This document shows positions 58,919 through 64,000 of a stretch of DNA of 64,000 nt, piece by piece (positions within the stretch are counted from its first letter, which is position 1; each line of letters begins with the position of its first letter). Where the stretch lies: NCBI GenBank assembly GCA_964490325.1, contig CAZBBX010000005.1, positions 20,121 to 84,120 on the forward strand, given 5' to 3'. The notes below the pieces were generated by a model. That model ran no database searches. It saw nothing but the letters and a program-made list of their open reading frames with translations, and was not told the DNA's origin. The stretch comes from an uncultured Oscillospiraceae bacterium (GTDB lineage: Bacteria > Bacillota > Clostridia > Christensenellales > CAG-138). The translations under genes were made by a program, and so were the position numbers.

Positions 58919-59425
58919 ATGTTCAAGGTCGGTGAGCTGATCGTCTATGGCGGCGAGGGCGTCTGCCGCGTCGAGGCTATAGGCGGCGCGCCGCTTCCCT
59001 TGTTGGACGCCGACAAGATCTACTATACGCTGCAGCCCCTCTATCGCAGCGGCCTTATCTATGCGCCCACGGATGTGGCGGTGCCCATGCGCCCCGTCAT
59101 CGATCGTGCCGAGGCGGAAAAGCTGATCCTTGGCATCCGCGACCTCGATGAAAGCAAGCCGCAGCAGACGAACCTGCGGGAAAAGACCGCGCTGTACCGC
59201 AGCTATCTTTCGGGCTATGCCTGCGCCGACCTGATCCTTTTGATCCGTCTGCTGCATGCGCAAAACCGTCACGCGCAGGCGCAGGGACGGCGGCAGGGGC
59301 AGACCGAGGAGCGCTTCATGCGCCGCGCCAAGGAGCTGCTCTACGGCGAGCTGGCCGTTGCCCTTTCGATACAGCCCGACGAGGTGGAGGACGTCATTGC
59401 CCGCATGGTCGAAGCCTCCGCATAA
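58919..59425 (+). CDS. CarD/CdnL-family transcriptional regulator
   Basis: MFKVGELIVYGGEGVCRVEAI...YYTLQP has the Tudor-like CarD_CdnL_TRCF N-domain pattern. The C-terminal half is helical. AAGGAG lies upstream. Confidence 0.75.
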   Translation: MFKVGELIVYGGEGVCRVEAIGGAPLPLLDADKIYYTLQPLYRSGLIYAPTDVAVPMRPVIDRAEAEKLILGIRDLDESKPQQTNLREKTALYRSYLSGYACADLILLIRLLHAQNRHAQAQGRRQGQTEERFMRRAKELLYGELAVALSIQPDEVEDVIARMVEASA

Positions 59426-59502
59426 AATTTCTTAATAGTCTTACAGTCAGTACAGCCCCGCTTCCTTGTGAAACGGGGCTGCTTCATGGGGAGGTCTGTC
59501 GC

Positions 59503-59820
59503 TCAGTCGGGGTTTTGCGTTTCGCTGCAGGCGCACTCGTGGGAGGCGCCCAGGCAGTCCACGTTCGGTTCGCCTGCGACTGCGTTTGCGCCAAAGAAGA
59601 TGGGCACCTCAACGCAGAGCCGCTGACGGATCGTGAACATGCATACGCCGTTGCGTCTGCCCGTGCAGCCGTTGTTGCCCGCCGTGATGACGGGTTCGCC
59701 GCAGCAGCGCGTGACGGTCTCGCCCACATGCACATACGGCGTTACCGTGACGGGTACGCAGACGGACAGGGCTTGGTAGCCGCTTGTGGGACAGCTTGTC
59801 GTGTTCGGATCAAAGTCCAT
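59503..59820 (-). CDS. Small Cys-rich protein of unknown function
   Basis: The ATG at 59820 lies 7 nt after AAAGGAAG. The product is about 105 aa with 11 Cys (CVPVTVTPYVHVGETVTRCCGEPVITAGNNGCTG...GVCMFTIRQRLCVEVPIFFGA...DCLGASHECAC). I recognised no family. Confidence 0.5.
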   Translation of the reverse strand: MDFDPNTTSCPTSGYQALSVCVPVTVTPYVHVGETVTRCCGEPVITAGNNGCTGRRNGVCMFTIRQRLCVEVPIFFGANAVAGEPNVDCLGASHECACSETQNPD

Positions 59821-59984
59821 GGTCACACTTCCTTTCGTAATACTGTACTATATCGTATGCAAAAGCATATATCTGTGTGCGCGGCGGCGTATAGGGATCG
59901 GGATAGGGCAAATTTTCGGGGCAAGGGGGAAAATTCCCTGCCGTGCGCTTGTCAGCGGCGGCGGCGCATGGTATACTTTTTCGT

Positions 59985-60746
59985 ATGAAACTGATCAGTT
60001 GGAACGTGAACGGTCTGCGCGCCTGCTTGGGCAAGGGCTTTGGCGAGTTTTTTGCCGCCGAAGCGCCCGAGCTGTTCGCCGTGCAGGAGACCAAGATGCA
60101 GCCGGAGCAAGCCGAGGTGAACTTGGCGGGCTATACGCAGTACTGGAACAGCGCCGAGAAGAAGGGCTATTCCGGCACGGCGGTCTTTGCAAAACATACA
60201 CCGCTCAGTGTGCGCTATGGGATCGGCAGGGACGAGCACGACCACGAGGGACGGGTCATCACACTGGAGTATCCCGCCTTTTACTTTGTGACGGTGTATA
60301 CGCCCAACTCGCAGGACGGTCTGCGCCGCTTGGACTATCGCCTCCAATTCGAGGACGCCTTCCGCGAATACCTGATGGCGCTCGATCGGGCAAAGCCCGT
60401 GATCGTCTGCGGCGATCTGAACGTGGCGCACAACGACATCGACCTCAAAAATCCCAAGACGAACCGCATGAACCCCGGCTTTACCGACGAGGAGCGCGGC
60501 AAGTTCGGGCAGCTCTTAAGCGAGGGCTTTGCCGACAGCTTCCGCCGCCTGTACCCCGAGACTGTGCGCTACTCCTGGTGGAGCTATCGGATGCGCGCAA
60601 GGGAAAAGGGCGTGGGCTGGCGTATCGACTACTTCTTGGTCAGCGAACGTCTGCTGCCCAAGGTGCGGGACAGTTTGATCTATGACGAGGTCTTGGGCAG
60701 CGACCACTGCCCCGTAGGCCTGCTCTTGGAGGAGCCATGCAGCTGA
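59985..60746 (+). CDS. xth: Exodeoxyribonuclease III
   Basis: I trimmed the ORF to the ATG at 59985 (MKLISWNVNGLRA...). LQETK, GDLNVAHN, WSYR and SDHCPV are the EEP-family Xth motifs. Confidence 0.9.
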   Translation: MKLISWNVNGLRACLGKGFGEFFAAEAPELFAVQETKMQPEQAEVNLAGYTQYWNSAEKKGYSGTAVFAKHTPLSVRYGIGRDEHDHEGRVITLEYPAFYFVTVYTPNSQDGLRRLDYRLQFEDAFREYLMALDRAKPVIVCGDLNVAHNDIDLKNPKTNRMNPGFTDEERGKFGQLLSEGFADSFRRLYPETVRYSWWSYRMRAREKGVGWRIDYFLVSERLLPKVRDSLIYDEVLGSDHCPVGLLLEEPCS

Positions 60747-61312
60747 TCTTAGCGTCGCAGTCCCCCCGCCGCCGTGAGCTGATGCAGCTGATGGGGCTGG
60801 ACTTTGTGTGTGAACCCTCCCGTGAGGAGGAGCGGCCGCCAAAGGGCGTGGACACCGCCGCGCTCGTCAAGGCGTTGGCTCTCGCAAAGGCGGAGGACGT
60901 GTTCTCGCGGCATCCCACCGCCTGCGTGATCGGCGCGGACACCGTGGTGGAGCTTGCTGGCGAGGTGCTGGGCAAGCCGCATACCGTAGAGCGCGCCAAG
61001 GACTACCTTAGGCGGCTGCAGGGGCGTATGCACGAGGTCTACACGGGACTTTGCGTGCTGACGCCTGAGAAGCGGCAGCTGACGCATTGCGTCACAAGGG
61101 TGTTCTTCCGACCCATGAGCGAGGGGGAGATCGATTGGTACGTCGGCACGGGGGATCCGCTGGACAAGGCGGGCTCCTACGGCGTGCAGGGCCCCGCCTG
61201 CGTCTATGTCGAGCGCATCGAGGGGAATTACTTCAACGTCATCGGCCTGCCCGTTCCGCAGCTGTATGCGCTGCTGAAAAATGCGGGGGCTTTGCCAAAG
61301 GAGAGACTATGA
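60737..61312 (+). CDS. maf: Maf-like nucleoside triphosphate pyrophosphatase (septum formation protein)
   Basis: LILASQSPRRRELM, GADTVV and DKAGSYGVQG are the Maf signatures. Confidence 0.9.
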   Translation: MQLILASQSPRRRELMQLMGLDFVCEPSREEERPPKGVDTAALVKALALAKAEDVFSRHPTACVIGADTVVELAGEVLGKPHTVERAKDYLRRLQGRMHEVYTGLCVLTPEKRQLTHCVTRVFFRPMSEGEIDWYVGTGDPLDKAGSYGVQGPACVYVERIEGNYFNVIGLPVPQLYALLKNAGALPKERL

Positions 61313-61647
61313 TCTATCTTGCCTGTTACGGTTTTGTTGCCCTGTTCCTTGCAATACTGGGCGTACTGGTGCGCGTCTTCCACTGGGCGGGGCTGCTCTT
61401 GGGCTTTAAGAACGTGCGCGCCATGGCCGAGGAGGGCTACTGCGTCAAGAAGCTCAGCAGGTACGCGGCGCTGTTCTTCTTCGTGCTGGCGGGGCTGTGG
61501 CTGCTATGCGGGCTTGTGTGCCTTATAGTGACCCTGCCCTACTATGTGCCGTTGGCTTTGAGCGCCGTCTTTGCCATCTTTGCCTATTGGTGGTGCAACA
61601 AGAACGGTGATCGGCTGCTTCGTTCGCAGCCTGCCGACCATGAATGA
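61309..61647 (+). CDS. Small membrane protein (3-4 TM helices), unknown function
   Basis: The ATG at 61309 overlaps the maf stop (ATGA). The hydrophobic helices are MIYLACYGFVALFLAILGVLV..., AALFFFVLAGLWLLCGLVCLIV and YVPLALSAVFAIFAYWW. The 3' end overlaps the uvrC start. Confidence 0.5.
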   Translation: MIYLACYGFVALFLAILGVLVRVFHWAGLLLGFKNVRAMAEEGYCVKKLSRYAALFFFVLAGLWLLCGLVCLIVTLPYYVPLALSAVFAIFAYWWCNKNGDRLLRSQPADHE

Positions 61648-63487
61648 TACGCTGAGCGATAAGCTTGCGCTGCTGCCCGACCGCCCCGGCGTGTACCTGA
61701 TGTACGATGCGTCGGGCACGGTCATCTATGTGGGCAAGGCCGTGTCGCTCAAGAACCGTGTGCGGCAATACTTTCAAAACAGCCGCGCCCACACCCCCAA
61801 GGTGCTGGCGATGGTCTCGCATGTGGAGACCTTTGACACCATTGAGGTTAGCAGCGAGAACGAGGCGCTGTCCTTGGAAAGCAACCTCATCAAGCAATAC
61901 CTGCCCCACTACAACATCCTGCTCAAGGACGATAAGCACTTTCCCTATGTGCGCATCGATCTCAAGCAGGATTTTCCGCGTGTGGAGCTGGTGCGGCGCG
62001 TCAAAAGGGACGGCGCGACCTATCTGGGGCCGTACCAGTCCGAGGGGCAGCTCAAAGAGCAGCTTGCCATCGTGCGGGAGCATTTTCCCGTGCGCCAATG
62101 CCGCAAGGATATTAAAAGGATGATCGACCGCCGCGAACGCCCCTGCCTCCTGTATCAGATCGGGCGCTGCATGGCGCCCTGCAGCGGACAGGTCTCAAGG
62201 GAAAGCTACCATGCCTGCCTCAAGGAGGTGCTCGACTTTCTCAACGGACACGGGGGCGCGCTGATCGGTGAGCTGACGGAGCGCATGGAAAAGGCCGCCG
62301 AACGGGAGGATTTTGAGCAGGCGGCGGTGCTTCGAGACCGCATCCGCGCCGTACGGGCGCTTGGCGAAAGGCAGGTGGCCATCTCGGTCAAGCCCATCAC
62401 GGCGGATGTGTATGCCGCCGCGCAGCGGGATGGTCGGACACTGGTCTACGCGCTGTATGTGCGGGAGGGCAAGGTCGTCGGGTCGCATCGCTTCCATGTG
62501 GAATTGGAGGGCGACGCCGATGAAAGCGCCGTCCTGACCGCCTTTTTGCCCCAGCTCTATGGCGAGGCCGACGCGCCGCGTCCCCAAAAGGAGCTGCTGC
62601 TGCACGCCCCCGCCGAGGATGCCGAAGCGTTGGAGGCGTGGCTTAGCGAACGAGCGGGACGAAGGGTGCGGCTGTGCGTGCCGCAGCGCGGCGAGAAGGC
62701 AAAGCTCACGGCGTTGGCGTTGGATAACGCCATAAAGGCGTTGGAAAAGGAGCTGGAGCTGGAGCGGCGCGCCTTCGACCGCAGCGGGGGCGCTCTGGCG
62801 GCGCTTTGCGGCGTGCTGGGGCTTGCCGAGATCCCCACGCGCATGGAATGCTTTGATAATTCCCACCTTGGCGGCGAGGCAACGGTGTCGTCCATGGTGG
62901 TGTTCACGGATGGGAAGGCGGACAAGAACGCCTATCGCCGCTTTCGGCTGAAGGGGGAGCACGGCGGGGACGACCTTGCCGCCATGCACGAGGTCTTGGA
63001 AAGGCGCTTGGAGCGGGGCGAACCCTACCCCGACCTACTGATCGTGGACGGCGGGCCAACGCAGCTTGCTGTGGCGACCGCGCTTTTAGAGGAGCGGGGG
63101 CTTACGCACATCCCCGCCATCGGCCTTGCCGAGAAGGAGGAGCTGATCTATCTGCCCGACCGCAAGGAGCCGATCGCCCTTGGCAGGGACGACCCCGCGC
63201 TGCAGCTGCTGCAGCGCATCCGCGACGAGGCGCACCGCTTTGCCATCAGCTACCACCGCACGCTTCGGGGGAAGCAGCAGCTTTACTCCCGCTTGGACGA
63301 GGTAAAGGGCGTGGGCGACAAGCGCAAGCGCGCTCTGTTCGACCGCTTTGTCACAGTGGACGCGCTGCAAAACGCCTCCGTGGAGGAGCTGTCCGCCGTC
63401 CCCGGCATGACGGCGGCGACCGCCAAGGCCGTCTATGCTTCGCTGCATTCGCAGACGCCGCAGGACGGGGAGGGGGAAAAGGAATAG
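61640..63487 (+). CDS. uvrC: Excinuclease ABC subunit C
   Basis: I trimmed the ORF to the ATG at 61640 (MNDTLSDKLALLPDRPGVYLMYDASGTVIYVGKAVSLKNRVRQYF), which gives the GIY-YIG N-terminus. The UVR domain is FEQAAVLRDRI, the RNase H-like region is ECFDNSH, and the C-terminal (HhH)2 region is GVGDKRKRALF. Confidence 0.95.
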   Translation: MNDTLSDKLALLPDRPGVYLMYDASGTVIYVGKAVSLKNRVRQYFQNSRAHTPKVLAMVSHVETFDTIEVSSENEALSLESNLIKQYLPHYNILLKDDKHFPYVRIDLKQDFPRVELVRRVKRDGATYLGPYQSEGQLKEQLAIVREHFPVRQCRKDIKRMIDRRERPCLLYQIGRCMAPCSGQVSRESYHACLKEVLDFLNGHGGALIGELTERMEKAAEREDFEQAAVLRDRIRAVRALGERQVAISVKPITADVYAAAQRDGRTLVYALYVREGKVVGSHRFHVELEGDADESAVLTAFLPQLYGEADAPRPQKELLLHAPAEDAEALEAWLSERAGRRVRLCVPQRGEKAKLTALALDNAIKALEKELELERRAFDRSGGALAALCGVLGLAEIPTRMECFDNSHLGGEATVSSMVVFTDGKADKNAYRRFRLKGEHGGDDLAAMHEVLERRLERGEPYPDLLIVDGGPTQLAVATALLEERGLTHIPAIGLAEKEELIYLPDRKEPIALGRDDPALQLLQRIRDEAHRFAISYHRTLRGKQQLYSRLDEVKGVGDKRKRALFDRFVTVDALQNASVEELSAVPGMTAATAKAVYASLHSQTPQDGEGEKE

Positions 63488-63568
63488 GGCTTGCTTGATA
63501 AAGAGCAGGCGGGAGAACGGGGTCAAGCGGGCGCGAAAGGCTGCGATCCGCAGGGAAAGGAGGGCGAC

Positions 63569-64000
63569 ATGGGACGCGGGCGTCGAAAAAGGATAGCCTT
63601 GCTTGTGCTGCTGCTTGCCCTTGCTTTCGTTTGGGGAATGCCCCCGCAAACGGATGCGCTTTGCGGCGTCTTTGGGGCGGGGCAGTCCGTTTTGGCGACC
63701 GCCCATACGGACGCGCTTTGCGGCGCTGTGGAGGTGGGGAAGTCCGCTTTGGCGACCGCCCATGCGGACGCGCCTTGCGGCGTCTTGGGGGCGGAGCAGT
63801 CCGCTTTGGCAGCCGCCCATGCGGACGTGCTTAGCGGCGTCTTGGGAGCGGGGCAGTCCGCTTTGGCGACCGCCCATACGGACGCGCTTTGCGGCACTTT
63901 GGAGATATCCGAGCAGTCCGTTTTGGCAGCCGCCCATGCGGACGCGCCTTGCGGCGTCTTGGGAGCGGGGCAGTCCGCTTTGGCCGCCGCCCATGCGGAC
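63569..64000 (+). CDS. Secreted protein made of 19-aa tandem repeats; partial, runs off the 3' window edge
   Basis: This ORF is not in the track because it has no stop. The ATG at 63569 lies 6 nt after AGGAGG. Hand translation gives MGRGRRKRIALLVLLLALAFVWGMPPQTD, then (ALCGVLGAGQSALATAHAD)n for at least 6 units. Confidence 0.55.
   Translation, partial: MGRGRRKRIALLVLLLALAFVWGMPPQTDALCGVFGAGQSVLATAHTDALCGAVEVGKSALATAHADAPCGVLGAEQSALAAAHADVLSGVLGAGQSALATAHTDALCGTLEISEQSVLAAAHADAPCGVLGAGQSALAAAHAD
63653..64000 (+). repeat. Tandem 57-nt repeat (one 60-nt variant), at least 6 copies, continuing beyond the window
   Basis: The unit GCGCTTTGCGGCGTCTTGGGGGCGGGGCAGTCCGCTTTGGCGACCGCCCATGCGGAC starts at 63656, 63713, 63770, 63827, 63884 and 63944. 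Confidence 0.9.

Noticed and set aside
63086-63994. A 302-aa minus-strand ORF (MGGGQSGLPRSQDAARRVRMGG…)
   Set aside because: It overlaps the well-supported uvrC 3' end by about 400 nt. It is merely the reverse reading of the 57-nt tandem repeat. The plus-strand frame has an RBS and a signal peptide.

Overview
This is a 64 kb chromosomal segment of high-GC DNA (hand-counted lines are about 60-63% GC). Gene content suggests a spore-forming Firmicute of the Clostridia, probably Oscillospiraceae-like: cdaA-cdaR, CotH, obg-yhbY, YitT, two type IIA topoisomerase pairs and recF-gyrB-gyrA. Most of the window is ordinary, tightly packed housekeeping sequence: addB (partial), thpR, dapF, yceD-rpmF, gdhA, parE/parC-like genes, an rluA-family gene, cdaA/cdaR, an ABC exporter, yhbY, obg, nth, trxB, cca, gyrA/gyrB, recF, xth, maf and uvrC. 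Many gene junctions are ATGA or GTGA overlaps. High GC produces many long spurious antisense ORFs in the supplied track, and I rejected these.

The accessory content worth attention is:
1. A two-gene insertion at 11173-16228, between gdhA and a riboswitch-controlled cation antiporter. It encodes a methyltransferase-N-half-like protein and a 1356-aa fusion with the order GIY-YIG/T5orf172-like, SF2 helicase, NPPY methylase-like module, variable domain. The fusion contains an abrupt low-GC mosaic segment and a fossil internal RBS+ATG. I consider this the best candidate for an undescribed restriction or defence-type system.
2. A secreted Endonuclease-I-family giant protein plus a GNAT gene, bracketed by direct copies of a roughly 400-nt repeat built from REP-like palindromic units.
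3. A CotH - VTC-domain - DUF4956 operon.
4. A likely yybP-ykoY (Mn2+) riboswitch.
5. Several repeat-rich secreted proteins and lipoproteins, including an unlisted partial ORF of 19-aa tandem repeats at the 3' edge.

I saw no rRNA, tRNA, CRISPR array, integrase or transposase. All family assignments come from motif recognition by eye and from memory, not from database searches.
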